A stretch of 37,415 bases of DNA from a virus. The notes below the pieces were generated by a model that searched no databases, was not told the origin of the DNA, and was given only the letters and a program-made list of their open reading frames with translations. Below are positions 7,774 to 16,103 of the stretch, in pieces (the first letter of the stretch is position 1; each line of letters begins with the position of its first letter). The translations under genes were made by a program, and so were the position numbers. The DNA is taken from IMG/VR virus record IMGVR_UViG_3300009839_000001; one strand, 5' to 3'.

Positions 7774-9012
7774 GTGCGCACGGCATTTAACGTGCTCATA
7801 AAAACCGGTTGTTACGAATTCCGAAACCTTTTCCTAAGTGCTGCCTCAAACCCATATCTGGGGAGTACACTCGTGACCTCTCTCAACAGAGCCCTGGAGG
7901 ATACTTTCCACATTGCCGGCCATCGTAACTGCCCGGCATGTGAGTTTGCTCGCAGAGCTATGATCGAGCCCTCGGAACTTAGTCAGCTCATTTTTTGGGA
8001 CGCCGCGAAACTTTGGATTGTGTCCCACGGACGCCACATCGGCGCGGGAACTCTCCGTGACTATTGGAACTGCATTCGGGCTCTCGAAAAGTTCTTTGGA
8101 CAGCTTCGACTGAGCGAAATTCACATCGGGCACTTCGAGCAATACCAGCAACTGCGATCGGAAGGCAGCGGAGGTCTAACCGGCGCTGGTCCTTCGCGTA
8201 TCAATCACGATCTCAACACACTCTCGCAGATTCTGGCGCGCGCGGGATTGTGGGCTCCGATCGCGCCGTACTATCAGCCGATGAAGCTACCACGGCCGAA
8301 GGTTGGCCGTGCTCTCACCGAGAGCGAAGAAGACCTGCTGTTTCGGATGGCAAGCTCCCGTCCGAAGTGGAAAGTGGCCTACCTATGTTCGCTGCTCACG
8401 GTGAATACGACGTGTGGACCGAAAGAGATCCGCATGTTGAGGTTGATGGATCTGAATCTTTCTCCGGTCGAATGCGCTCCGCACGGAACGATCCGGATCA
8501 TGCTCGGCGCGAAAAACGAGTACCGCCAACGGATGATTCCACTCAACATGACTGCGAGCCTAGCGATCACGCAATTGATCGCGCGGGCCCGCGGGTGCGG
8601 AGCCGTCCAACCTGAGCACTATCTTTTGCCGCACCGGGCTCCGCGTGGCTCTCATGGTTGGGATCCTACTCTCCCCATGAGTTCTTGGCGGAAGGCATGG
8701 GACAAATTGCGCGAGGCCTGCGGCCTGCCCTCCTTGCGTATGTATGATCTGCGACACCACGCGATCACGAAGCTCCTGGAAGACGAACACGTTTCAGAAC
8801 GGACGGTGATCGAGCTCGCCGGTCACGTCTCGCGCAAGATGCTCGATACCTACTCACACATCCGGATGAAGTCCAAGTTCGATGGGGTGATGGCGCTGGA
8901 GAAAATCGCCGCCTTGCCGGAACGGAAACCGCCACAACCGGCGGTGACTTCGGTAACTAGCGGTAACGTTACCTTGTGCGCAGAATTGGAGTGTGAGGAA
9001 CAAACAGCGTGA
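7774..9012 (+). CDS. int: Tyrosine recombinase / phage integrase
   Basis: C-terminal catalytic pattern: ...EIRMLRL..., LRHHAITKLLE, AGHVSRKMLDTYSHI (R..HxxR..H..Y). Start uncertain: GTG 7774 or ATG 7960. Confidence 0.85.
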   Translation: MRTAFNVLIKTGCYEFRNLFLSAASNPYLGSTLVTSLNRALEDTFHIAGHRNCPACEFARRAMIEPSELSQLIFWDAAKLWIVSHGRHIGAGTLRDYWNCIRALEKFFGQLRLSEIHIGHFEQYQQLRSEGSGGLTGAGPSRINHDLNTLSQILARAGLWAPIAPYYQPMKLPRPKVGRALTESEEDLLFRMASSRPKWKVAYLCSLLTVNTTCGPKEIRMLRLMDLNLSPVECAPHGTIRIMLGAKNEYRQRMIPLNMTASLAITQLIARARGCGAVQPEHYLLPHRAPRGSHGWDPTLPMSSWRKAWDKLREACGLPSLRMYDLRHHAITKLLEDEHVSERTVIELAGHVSRKMLDTYSHIRMKSKFDGVMALEKIAALPERKPPQPAVTSVTSGNVTLCAELECEEQTA

Positions 9013-9281
9013 AGCCCTGCCCCAAGGAAAAGTTGACGTTGCAGACGATCGATAATTTTATCGATTGGGTGCTGGCCTGGATCGAGGAGCATGAGCGGCA
9101 GGCTTCGGCCGTCACACCGCGCGTTCCTCCGCGATCACCGCTTGACGGCTCGCACATTTCGCCAGAAGAACGGAAGCGAATGCGAGTGCAGCACATCGGA
9201 ACCTCGCGCAAGGCTGCCAGCGCCATGATCGCCAAAATTCCGTTGCCTTTGGCGCTCCATATTGCCCGTTGTTTTAAGTAG
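9009..9281 (+). CDS. Hypothetical protein coupled to the integrase (possible directionality factor; unsupported)
   Basis: GTG start overlaps the int stop (GTGA). 90 aa. No motif recognised. Confidence 0.35.
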   Translation: MKPCPKEKLTLQTIDNFIDWVLAWIEEHERQASAVTPRVPPRSPLDGSHISPEERKRMRVQHIGTSRKAASAMIAKIPLPLALHIARCFK

Positions 9282-9617
9282 ATGGCTCATTTAGAGCTAG
9301 CGAGCGTTCGTCCTTTGGGCTTTCCGATAACCTCGTGGTAACCTCTACCATCCGGTGAGCAAGAACGTTAGGATCGTCCGTCTCCCGGTATTTTGATTTC
9401 TTGCTATTCCGCTTTGGCATACGGCCATCATGCCACGGATTGCGGGATGAATCCAGCCTTGAGAAATTCAAACTGCATCACTACCGAATCGTGGCCTGAT
9501 TAGCGGCTCCTGTGCACGCCTGTGGAAAGATGGCTGATCTCCACCAAAAGAAAGTGACTTAGCGTGAGGGATTGACAGAGCCTGAAAAACCGCGTAAAGT
9601 TCCGCCCTGTTGTCAAC

Positions 9618-9642
9618 AAACCCCGCATTCTAACCGGGGTTT
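9618..9642. other. 8-bp GC-rich hairpin (aaaccccg / cggggttt, 9-nt loop)
   Basis: Read directly, in the non-coding 9282-9818 region. The T/A runs are part of the stem, so terminator status is unclear. Confidence 0.4.
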
Positions 9643-9696
9643 GCTGGTGCCCGCAATCGAACCGTGGGACAATGGAGCAGTGGACTAGCCGATGAG

Positions 9697-9735
9697 GGGC
9701 CCGTAGCTCAACGGTTAGAGCAGCAGACTCATAAG
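9697..9735 (+). other. Truncated tRNA(CAU) 5' half (Met/Ile2-like); candidate attP core
   Basis: GGGCCCG-TA-GCTC-AACGGTTA-GAGC-A-GCAGA-CTCATAA matches acceptor 5' strand, D-arm, anticodon stem 5' strand and anticodon loop (CAT). The following GCCAT cannot pair with GCAGA, and no T-arm or acceptor 3' strand follows. Confidence 0.7.
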
Positions 9736-9818
9736 CCATAGCCCCGTTTTCCCCGTCTTCGATCCAACCCAGAGCAGTAGCTCAAAGTGAGTGGAGCACC
9801 GGAGAAAATGAGTCTGGT

Positions 9819-10244
9819 GTGTCTGAGACACCAAAGCAGCACTCTCAATCCGATCCTCCGCTCGATTCCACCTTAACGCCATCCACCGAGGAAAAAAAGA
9901 ACCTTTCGGTTTTCCACTCTCCGGAACCTTGGAGCTTGTATCCGTGGGCCGAAGGGTTAGCTACACCGTGCATCTGTTTCGAAGTACGGAGTGGCTGGGA
10001 GATCGTCGCCTATGTCACCTACGACGATGACGAGGGCGTTCGCCCGATCGAGCTGCACGATGCCGCTCTGATCGTCGCGGCACCGCGACTGCTCCGCACG
10101 TTTCGCGAACTCTACTCTGGCTTTCTCTTTCTCGCCGGAAATGCAGCCTTCGAGGCCGGATCCTCCGGCGCCGAAGAGATTCGCCGGCTCAAGGTCGAGA
10201 CCGGAACTGTGCTCGAAGATCTGCAGAAAGCCGGGGTGTTCTGA
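9819..10244 (+). CDS. Hypothetical early protein (C-terminus LEDLQKAGVF)
   Basis: 141-aa ORF with a GTG start. The stop overlaps the next ATG (TGATG). Confidence 0.5.
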   Translation: MSETPKQHSQSDPPLDSTLTPSTEEKKNLSVFHSPEPWSLYPWAEGLATPCICFEVRSGWEIVAYVTYDDDEGVRPIELHDAALIVAAPRLLRTFRELYSGFLFLAGNAAFEAGSSGAEEIRRLKVETGTVLEDLQKAGVF

Positions 10245-10462
10245 TGTCGCCGGTGATGAATCAGTACTTAACGAGCCTTCGCATTGAGCGGCCGGAAGTT
10301 AAGCAACACTCCCGCGATGCTTCGATGTTCTGGGTGACCTTCCCTCTTGGTCCCGGTTGGGCAATTACCTCTCTGGTCGGCGCGGATACGCCCGACGAAG
10401 CAGAGAAGATCGCGCGCCAAACGATCGGGGAGAAGTGGCCGCAGTGGAAGAGGGTGCTATGA
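10244..10462 (+). CDS. Hypothetical protein
   Basis: 72-aa ORF, translationally coupled on both sides. Confidence 0.55.
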   Translation: MSPVMNQYLTSLRIERPEVKQHSRDASMFWVTFPLGPGWAITSLVGADTPDEAEKIARQTIGEKWPQWKRVL

Positions 10463-10902
10463 CGTTCGGGCAGATTTTCTCCGGCCGCATGCTGCTCATG
10501 CGTGCCCAGCGCCACATAGTCCAGGCGGGAGTTCTACGTTTGGAGCAAGACAAGTTTCTGTTCCCAATTTTTCGCGGCCCTGCCGAGCAACAGGCTTTCT
10601 TACTTGTGGAACGCTTGTTAGTCGAGTTGGAACGCGAGTTCGATGAAAACCGGAAACGATGCCGCGGTCTGGACTGGATCGCCGAGATCAGAGATGACGA
10701 AAGCGAACAGCATCTCGCATACCGCGCGAACAACGAGCTCCTGGTGCGCGCGCCGGGCATGGCGAGGCTGCTCGGGCGAATGGCCGAGCACTATAGCGAG
10801 TTACTCCGGGCCTCAGGCCTTGATCCAAGTTCCGCACCATCACTCGATCAATCGCTCGCTCTGCTCGAAGAGCTCAAGAAAGCTGGGGTCTTCGCGCCGT
10901 GA
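10459..10902 (+). CDS. Hypothetical early protein (C-terminus LEELKKAGVFAP)
   Basis: ORF 10357-10902 trimmed to ATG 10459 (ATGA overlap with the upstream stop): MTFGQIFSGRMLL... Confidence 0.55.
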   Translation: MTFGQIFSGRMLLMRAQRHIVQAGVLRLEQDKFLFPIFRGPAEQQAFLLVERLLVELEREFDENRKRCRGLDWIAEIRDDESEQHLAYRANNELLVRAPGMARLLGRMAEHYSELLRASGLDPSSAPSLDQSLALLEELKKAGVFAP

Positions 10903-11258
10903 GAAAGTACGTCGGATATCGAGACGCGTCGGGCGACACTTTCGTGTACGTGATCGACGAGACTCACGAAGCGAAGCCGCTCGATACCGGCCTTCGGTAT
11001 GTGAATCACTCTGCGACTGGTTTCTCCTGGGGATATCTCGGGAGCGGCCCGGCACAGCTCGCATTCGCGATCTTGCTCCATCACCTGAACAATCCCGACC
11101 GCGCGCGCAGCTTCTATCAGGATTTTAAGTTTTCCATCGTCGGCAATCTTCCCCAGGATCGGCAGTGGGAACTGACCAGCGAGCAGATCGATGCGGCACT
11201 CGCACACCTCGCGGTGCGCCGTCACGTTGCGGAGGTCTCATGTCGCGATATCACTTAG
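10899..11258 (+). CDS. Small phage protein with GFSWGYLGSGPAQLAFAIL motif (DUF6166-like, from memory)
   Basis: GTGA overlap start. The motif G[YW]xGSGPxQLAxAIL is recalled from DUF6166-type proteins but was not verified. Confidence 0.55.
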   Translation: MRKYVGYRDASGDTFVYVIDETHEAKPLDTGLRYVNHSATGFSWGYLGSGPAQLAFAILLHHLNNPDRARSFYQDFKFSIVGNLPQDRQWELTSEQIDAALAHLAVRRHVAEVSCRDIT

Positions 11259-11710
11259 AGCTCACCGAGAACGAACGGCTGCTCCTGGTCTTCTGCCTTG
11301 GCGCGGTGCATGATCGCGCGGCCGTCGTTTGCGACCAGATGGATCCGCCGGCGGTACCGATTGAGCTCGCGCTCCGCCTGGTGAGCATGAATCCCGGTCC
11401 AACGAACCCGATCGCAACTGCACCAGCCGGGCAACCCGTGGTAAATGAACCGCGGGTGCCGGCAGATCCGAAACCCGCCGAGAATGTGATCGAAGTCGCC
11501 TGCACACCGATTGGTGTTCAGAAGACTGGTGTCGGCGACAAGGAACGTGTCGTCGTCCAGTGGAGGCAGGGACGAGATCAGAAAATCGCGAGCTGTTGGG
11601 TCAAACAGAAAGCTCTCTGGCCGCGGTTGCTCGGCAGTGTCAATAAATCGATCACGCTACTCGTGCGCGAGAAGGATCGTTATCTCAGCATCATCGGAGT
11701 GAAGGCGTGA
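11240..11710 (+). CDS. Hypothetical protein
   Basis: ATG 11240 is preceded by GGAGG (11231-11235): MSRYHLELTENERLLL... Confidence 0.55.
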   Translation: MSRYHLELTENERLLLVFCLGAVHDRAAVVCDQMDPPAVPIELALRLVSMNPGPTNPIATAPAGQPVVNEPRVPADPKPAENVIEVACTPIGVQKTGVGDKERVVVQWRQGRDQKIASCWVKQKALWPRLLGSVNKSITLLVREKDRYLSIIGVKA

Positions 11711-11949
11711 GCAAGATCGCCGCGTACCGCCGGAGTTCCGGCCAGTTCTGCGTTGACCATCCCATGACGGAACTGGTGTGCCCGCGCTGTCTCGGCAAGC
11801 GCGGCGGAAAGGCAGTGGCCAAATCGCACAGCCGCGCCTACTTTTCAAAGTTGGGAAAACTGGGCGGACGTCCGCGCAAACCGAAAACTAAGAAAGTGGC
11901 CAAGAAGCGTCGGACGCGAACCCAAGAGTCTCTCCGGCCGAATCAGTGA
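11707..11949 (+). CDS. Small zinc-ribbon / AT-hook-like DNA-binding protein
   Basis: GTGA overlap start. CPRCLGKRGG and the basic tail GGRPRKPKTKKVAKKRR (GRP core). Confidence 0.5.
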   Translation: MSKIAAYRRSSGQFCVDHPMTELVCPRCLGKRGGKAVAKSHSRAYFSKLGKLGGRPRKPKTKKVAKKRRTRTQESLRPNQ

Positions 11950-12030
11950 GATCCGGTCGAAAGGTCTGATCACCGATTACGGCCGCGGTCTGATCGGTGC
12001 AAACAAGAAAGCTCTGTTTCTGGAGGACTA

Positions 12031-12216
12031 ATGCAACAGCCGCCGATTGAGTACGAACTCGAATTCCACGCCACTATCCGCCAGTCTGGAAATTTCAACT
12101 CTGGTTTAGAAGTTCGGGAAACAGTGAAGATCCACGCTTCGACCTTTCTAGAAGTGGCGTCGATCCTGGCCAAGTTCCACGATCTCTCTCAAGCTCTGCA
12201 GAAAGGCGAGAAATGA
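12031..12216 (+). CDS. Hypothetical protein
   Basis: 61-aa ORF with GGAGG upstream. ATGA coupling to the next ORF. Confidence 0.5.
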   Translation: MQQPPIEYELEFHATIRQSGNFNSGLEVRETVKIHASTFLEVASILAKFHDLSQALQKGEK

Positions 12217-12401
12217 AGCTGATCGTCACGATCGATCTCCCTGAGAAAGAAATCCTAGCGGCACTCGACGGGATCCCAAAACATTGGTTCTCGAACCCTC
12301 AAGGATCGCCGATTCGTCTGATCGCGAAAGCTCTCAAAGATGCGTACGAGAACGCACGAGAACGCGAAGAAATGGCCAATGGCTGGGGACTATATAGTTA
12401 A
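12213..12401 (+). CDS. Hypothetical protein
   Basis: 62-aa ORF with an ATGA overlap start. Confidence 0.5.
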   Translation: MKLIVTIDLPEKEILAALDGIPKHWFSNPQGSPIRLIAKALKDAYENAREREEMANGWGLYS

Positions 12402-12415
12402 CTCCCTAACACACA

Positions 12416-12676
12416 ATGAATGTTCATTTTAGCTCGGCAACGGTTGAAAAACAGGCACGGCGCCGGATCAATTACCTAGTTGAACAGGGATTGATTCCAC
12501 ACCCCAACGATCTCCCTTGTCTCGATTGCGGAGACATGCTTTTCGTTCGTGAAAGCAGTCGGCACGAATACGACCATGCGAAGGGATACGAGGGAGCTGA
12601 GCAACTCTACGTCGAGCCCGTGTGTTCGCGATGTCATCACAATCGAGAGGAGGCTCGCTTTGGCGATGCAGCGTGA
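12416..12676 (+). CDS. HNH-like zinc-finger protein (tentative)
   Basis: CLDCG...RHEYDHAKGY...VCSRCHHNRE resembles the CxxC..H..DH..CxxCH HNH layout. Confidence 0.45.
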   Translation: MNVHFSSATVEKQARRRINYLVEQGLIPHPNDLPCLDCGDMLFVRESSRHEYDHAKGYEGAEQLYVEPVCSRCHHNREEARFGDAA

Positions 12677-13646
12677 AGGTTCAGGAATCGCCTGGACTCA
12701 GCAAACTTGGAATCCGATTAGAGGATGCAGCCGAGTATCGACCGGGTGCACGCGGTGCTACGCAGAACGCATCGCTGCGCGGTTTAGTGGGCCCGGGGAA
12801 CCGTACGAAGGCTTGGCCGGCTGGACGAAGGGCCGAGAACCGCGGTGGACCGGACAAGTTCGGCTCGTGGAGGAGCGGCTAGAGGATCCGATCCGCTGGA
12901 AACGGCCGCGCATGATCTTCGTGAACTCCATGAGCGATCTGTTTCACGAAGCTCTGCAGTTCGACCAGATCGCGACCGTGCTCAACGCCATGGAAGATGC
13001 ACCGCAACACGTTTATCAGATCCTCACCAAGCGCGCCGATCGCATGCGCGAGTTCTTCGAATCGTGGATCCAGGCTGGGAAAGACGTACCGGGCAACTGG
13101 TGGATCGGCGTATCGGCTGAAAACCAGGCAACTGCTGAGGCACGGATCCCGCAACTGCAGAACACGCCGGCGCTCGTCCGGTGGGTCTCTCTTGAGCCGT
13201 TGCTCGGTCCGATCACCCTCGGTCATGAGGAACCCGAGCTCGGGTTCGTTTCCTGGCTTGCAGGGATCCAAGGTTGCGATCCGCCGATCGATCCGATCGA
13301 TTGGGTTGTCGTCGGTGGAGAGTCCGGGCCGAATGCCAGACCGATGCACCCCGCTTGGGCGAAAGGTCTCAGGGATCAGTGTGCGAGATCTCGCACACCG
13401 TTTTTCTTCAAACAGTGGGGTGAGTGGGCACCGCACACGCACAACCAACGTCTCGGCGGTGGACTCTTCGTCAAGCCGGATGGCTCTCTCGGAAACCAGG
13501 GTGACTATTGGGCCGGGAGAGCTGCAGCGATGAACAGAGTCGGCAAGCATGCAGCGGGGCGCATGCTCGACGGCTACGAATGGAACTGTTATCCGCTGAG
13601 CTTCCAGTATTTGCGGGCGCCAGCCACGCGTCCGGAGGCCGGCTGA
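12666..13646 (+). CDS. Phage Gp37/Gp68 family protein (DUF5131)
   Basis: ATG 12666. N-terminus GIAWTQQTWNPIRGCSRVSTGCTRCYAERIA is the family hallmark (TWNP..GC..S.GC..CYA). Confidence 0.8.
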   Translation: MQREGSGIAWTQQTWNPIRGCSRVSTGCTRCYAERIAARFSGPGEPYEGLAGWTKGREPRWTGQVRLVEERLEDPIRWKRPRMIFVNSMSDLFHEALQFDQIATVLNAMEDAPQHVYQILTKRADRMREFFESWIQAGKDVPGNWWIGVSAENQATAEARIPQLQNTPALVRWVSLEPLLGPITLGHEEPELGFVSWLAGIQGCDPPIDPIDWVVVGGESGPNARPMHPAWAKGLRDQCARSRTPFFFKQWGEWAPHTHNQRLGGGLFVKPDGSLGNQGDYWAGRAAAMNRVGKHAAGRMLDGYEWNCYPLSFQYLRAPATRPEAG

Positions 13647-13933
13647 TGGAGCTCACGACTGGGGCAAAGCGACTTCTCTTGCACCAGTTTGGTGAAGAGA
13701 AGTGCCCGGTTTGCAGTAAGTGGAAGCAACGGCGTTGGTGTTTTTGTCGGACCTGTTACTTCGCGTTGAAGAAAGTCAACCCAGCACTAGCAGCGGGTCT
13801 CTATGTCGAGGCGTTCAACGGTACCGACGAGTTTTTCGAGAACTATGCGCGGGCAAAGGAATGGCTGCAGGAGAACGGATTCGCGGATCCGACCTGGAAA
13901 GCCGAGCCGAAGTCGGGAGAACTGTTCGCATGA
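13646..13933 (+). CDS. Small Cys-rich protein
   Basis: TGATG overlap start: MELTTGAKRLL..CPVCSKWKQRRWCFCRTCYF. Confidence 0.55.
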   Translation: MELTTGAKRLLLHQFGEEKCPVCSKWKQRRWCFCRTCYFALKKVNPALAAGLYVEAFNGTDEFFENYARAKEWLQENGFADPTWKAEPKSGELFA

Positions 13934-14157
13934 TCGGAGCCATGGTCATCCTCGCGATTGCTGTTCTCGTTTTACTAAGGGAGATTAGAAAGTTGCGTTT
14001 TCAACTCAGAAGTCTCGAATCGCAGGAGAGTGCGACGCGCGCCAATTCGGCATTCGCGCGTGCTGATCATGCACGTCTGCAGGTGCGAGTCCGAAACCTT
14101 GAGCAGTTTGTTCCACCCGATGTTAGTGAAATTGACCGTTTTCGATCGAGGTTCTAG
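13930..14157 (+). CDS. Small N-terminally anchored coiled-coil protein
   Basis: ATGA overlap start. MIGAMVILAIAVLVLL followed by a heptad-like segment. Confidence 0.5.
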   Translation: MIGAMVILAIAVLVLLREIRKLRFQLRSLESQESATRANSAFARADHARLQVRVRNLEQFVPPDVSEIDRFRSRF

Positions 14158-14286
14158 GTGACCGAAGTCCTGATTTTATTCGGCGGGTTGCTAGTCAGTT
14201 TGTTCGTGCCGTTGCCGCACTGGAGTCAGTTTCTGATCGGCGCAATCACGGCGATTCCGCTCGCTCGCAGGATGTGGAAGCTATGA
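14158..14286 (+). CDS. 42-aa membrane peptide (below the ORF-track cutoff)
   Basis: Hand-translated. GTG follows the TAG immediately: VTEVLILFGGLLVSLFVPLPHWSQFLIGAITAIPLARRMWKL. Its stop overlaps the next ATG. Confidence 0.4.
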   Translation: MTEVLILFGGLLVSLFVPLPHWSQFLIGAITAIPLARRMWKL

Positions 14287-14540
14287 CCGACATGTACCAA
14301 TTCGATCGCATCGTCTCGGCGGAGCCACTGTTCGAGGATGCCGTGAAGATCGTTCGCAACGTCGGCAGGGCTTCTACGTCGGACCTGCAGCGCGCTCTCC
14401 GGATCCCTTACGGCCGGGCGGTTCATTTGCTCGATTTGATGGAAGCGGCCCAAATCATTGCACCGGCGCATGGGCATTGTGGACCGCGATCGCTAGTGGA
14501 AACCGAGGTAACGAGAGAGCAGGGGGATCTCTTCTCGTGA
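14283..14540 (+). CDS. Stand-alone FtsK-gamma-like winged-helix protein
   Basis: PLFEDAVKIVRNVGRASTSDLQRALRIPYGRAVHLLDLMEAAQIIAP matches the FtsK gamma pattern (LYxxAV..V......S.S.LQR.LRIGYNRAARL...ME..GIV). Confidence 0.75.
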   Translation: MTDMYQFDRIVSAEPLFEDAVKIVRNVGRASTSDLQRALRIPYGRAVHLLDLMEAAQIIAPAHGHCGPRSLVETEVTREQGDLFS

Positions 14541-14839
14541 AGCGGAACAAAACAAAATGGCGCCGATGCCCGGCTTGCAATCACTGGTTTATTCCGCGAC
14601 TCGATCGATCCTCCGGCTTTTATTGCAGTCCGAAGTGTTTGGAGGTTCATTCGAAGAACACACCTGGCAAAGTGCATCGCATCTGTCACAACTGCCGAGA
14701 AGAGTTCGTGACTGATCGATCGTTTTTTCCCTACTGTAGCGATTGGTGCAAGAACTTTGGGCGTGTTGGAACTGCGCCTGTGGATTGTGAAGGAAAACAG
14801 ATTTCGTCCACAGGGCCTGTGGACGACTTAGCGCTGTGA
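14537..14839 (+). CDS. Double zinc-ribbon protein
   Basis: GTGA overlap start. CPACNHWF..CSPKC..CHNCREEF..CSDWC. Confidence 0.55.
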   Translation: MKRNKTKWRRCPACNHWFIPRLDRSSGFYCSPKCLEVHSKNTPGKVHRICHNCREEFVTDRSFFPYCSDWCKNFGRVGTAPVDCEGKQISSTGPVDDLAL

Positions 14840-14965
14840 AGTGAGTAAGTTGGCGAGTTTTCCAAGTTTTCCGACCCGCTTCGTCTGGTTTTAAGGTTTT
14901 GTTCTTGGTGTTGGTGTTGGTTTTGATCTTGATCTTACTTAGTTAGAAAGGGAATTTTTCAAAAA
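14840..14965. promoter_or_regulatory. T/G-rich intergenic region with short direct repeats
   Basis: agttttcc x2, ggtgtt x2 then ggtttt, gatctt x2. It is the only sizeable gap in the coupled plus-arm operon and is visibly AT-richer. Confidence 0.4.
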
Positions 14966-15352
14966 ATGCCGGCCGTGCCGAAAACCGAGTTGCAGTTCGA
15001 CGTTCCGCTGATCCCGCCTTCGGTCAATCACTACAAAAACCCGAGCCGACGCGGAGGGTTCTATCGCGTCCGGGAGTGCATGGGCTTCAACGATGCGGTT
15101 TGCGTGTTCTCGAAACGCGAGCTCGTGACCGGGCAGTTCTACGAGGTCGAGCTCACGTTCTATCTGCCGCCGGCGAAGTTCCTGGCCTTCGATGCCGACA
15201 ACTTTCTGAAAGTCAGCTTTGACGCCCTGAAGGCTGCAGGCGTTATCCGCGACGATCGGTACATCGTCGATCACCACGTCCACAAGCGCGCAGCCAAGGA
15301 CGCCCAGGACGTGCACACCGCCTATCTGGTGAAAGGAAGGGAACACGTATGA
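14966..15352 (+). CDS. rusA: RusA-family Holliday junction resolvase
   Basis: LIPPSVNHY near the N-terminus and DADNFLKVSFDALKAAGVIRDDRYI (D.DN..K...DAL......DD). Confidence 0.8.
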   Translation: MPAVPKTELQFDVPLIPPSVNHYKNPSRRGGFYRVRECMGFNDAVCVFSKRELVTGQFYEVELTFYLPPAKFLAFDADNFLKVSFDALKAAGVIRDDRYIVDHHVHKRAAKDAQDVHTAYLVKGREHV

Positions 15353-15855
15353 AGAAACCACGCATCAGCGCGGATCCGCCGCTGGTACCGGAGACGCCGA
15401 AAGAAACGAAACCAGCACCGCGCGAGACTCCTACACTGGAGTACCTGGCTGTCCGCTTCACGGATCCTGAACGCATGGACATCGCGGAGCAGCTCGGCCG
15501 CGCTGCGCAAGCACAAGGGGATATCGAGGATCAGAAAAAAGCCCAGGACGCCGAGCACAAAGAGGAACTCGAAGCGGTGAAGCTGCAGATCAAGCGATTG
15601 AGCCGCAAGCTCGCAACCGGTTCCGAGATGCGCAACGTTCAGTGTACCTGGTTACTCGGCGATCCGAAACCCGACGAGAAAACCCTGGTGCGGAAAGATA
15701 CGGGTGAGATCGTTCGCGTCGTTCCTATGCAGGAACACGATTACCAGGAGAACTTGCCTCTCGTGACGGTGCCCGGGAATGGTGCAGATGTTCCACGTGA
15801 AACTCTCGTGCTCGAACCTCCACCAGCGGACGGCAAGAGCGCCGCGGCCAACTAG
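15349..15855 (+). CDS. Hypothetical protein
   Basis: 168-aa ORF with an ATGA overlap start. Charged coiled-coil centre. Confidence 0.55.
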   Translation: MKKPRISADPPLVPETPKETKPAPRETPTLEYLAVRFTDPERMDIAEQLGRAAQAQGDIEDQKKAQDAEHKEELEAVKLQIKRLSRKLATGSEMRNVQCTWLLGDPKPDEKTLVRKDTGEIVRVVPMQEHDYQENLPLVTVPGNGADVPRETLVLEPPPADGKSAAAN

Positions 15856-15893
15856 AAAGGGAGCCATGAAAATCAACGCGGATCGTCGACCTG

Positions 15894-16103
15894 GTGATGC
15901 GCGAGAACGGTCGGGAGTCAGTTATTGAGTGTCGAGTGTGGGAAGGAGCAACGGAGCGCGGAGTCAAAGTGTCGTGCCTGATTCCGCGTATCGCTGCGAA
16001 GCTCGGTCAGGATCACTCACAGTTCGAGGCAGAGCTGCAAGCGCAACCGGCACCGGCGAGCGCCGATACAGTTCAAGCTTTTCCACTTCGGATGATCCTA
16101 TGA
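15894..16103 (+). CDS. Hypothetical protein
   Basis: 69-aa ORF with GTG 15894 or ATG 15897 as start. The RBS-like gaaagggag at 15855 instead serves a 20-codon ORF at 15866. Confidence 0.4.
   Translation: MMRENGRESVIECRVWEGATERGVKVSCLIPRIAAKLGQDHSQFEAELQAQPAPASADTVQAFPLRMIL

Noticed and set aside
7798-7815. Imperfect palindrome ATAAAAACCGGTTGTTAC, considered as a possible partner site for the serine recombinase. Together with 21853-21870 it would bracket about 14 kb
   Set aside because: The arms match only 7/9. The spacing of the A-run to the centre differs, and so does the central dinucleotide (AC at 21861-21862). Serine recombinases need identical crossover dinucleotides.
9274-9471. 65-aa minus-strand ORF in the int-attP spacer
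   Set aside because: It has a TTG start, no RBS, poor codon bias by eye, and lies in an AT-richer non-coding-looking region. Left unannotated.
9645-9670. Minus-strand ggttcgatt T-loop-like motif followed by ..gcacca (tRNA 3'-end look-alike) near the tRNA 5' half
   Set aside because: The T-stem pairs only 3/5, and it lies on the opposite strand from the 9697-9735 fragment. The two cannot form one tRNA.
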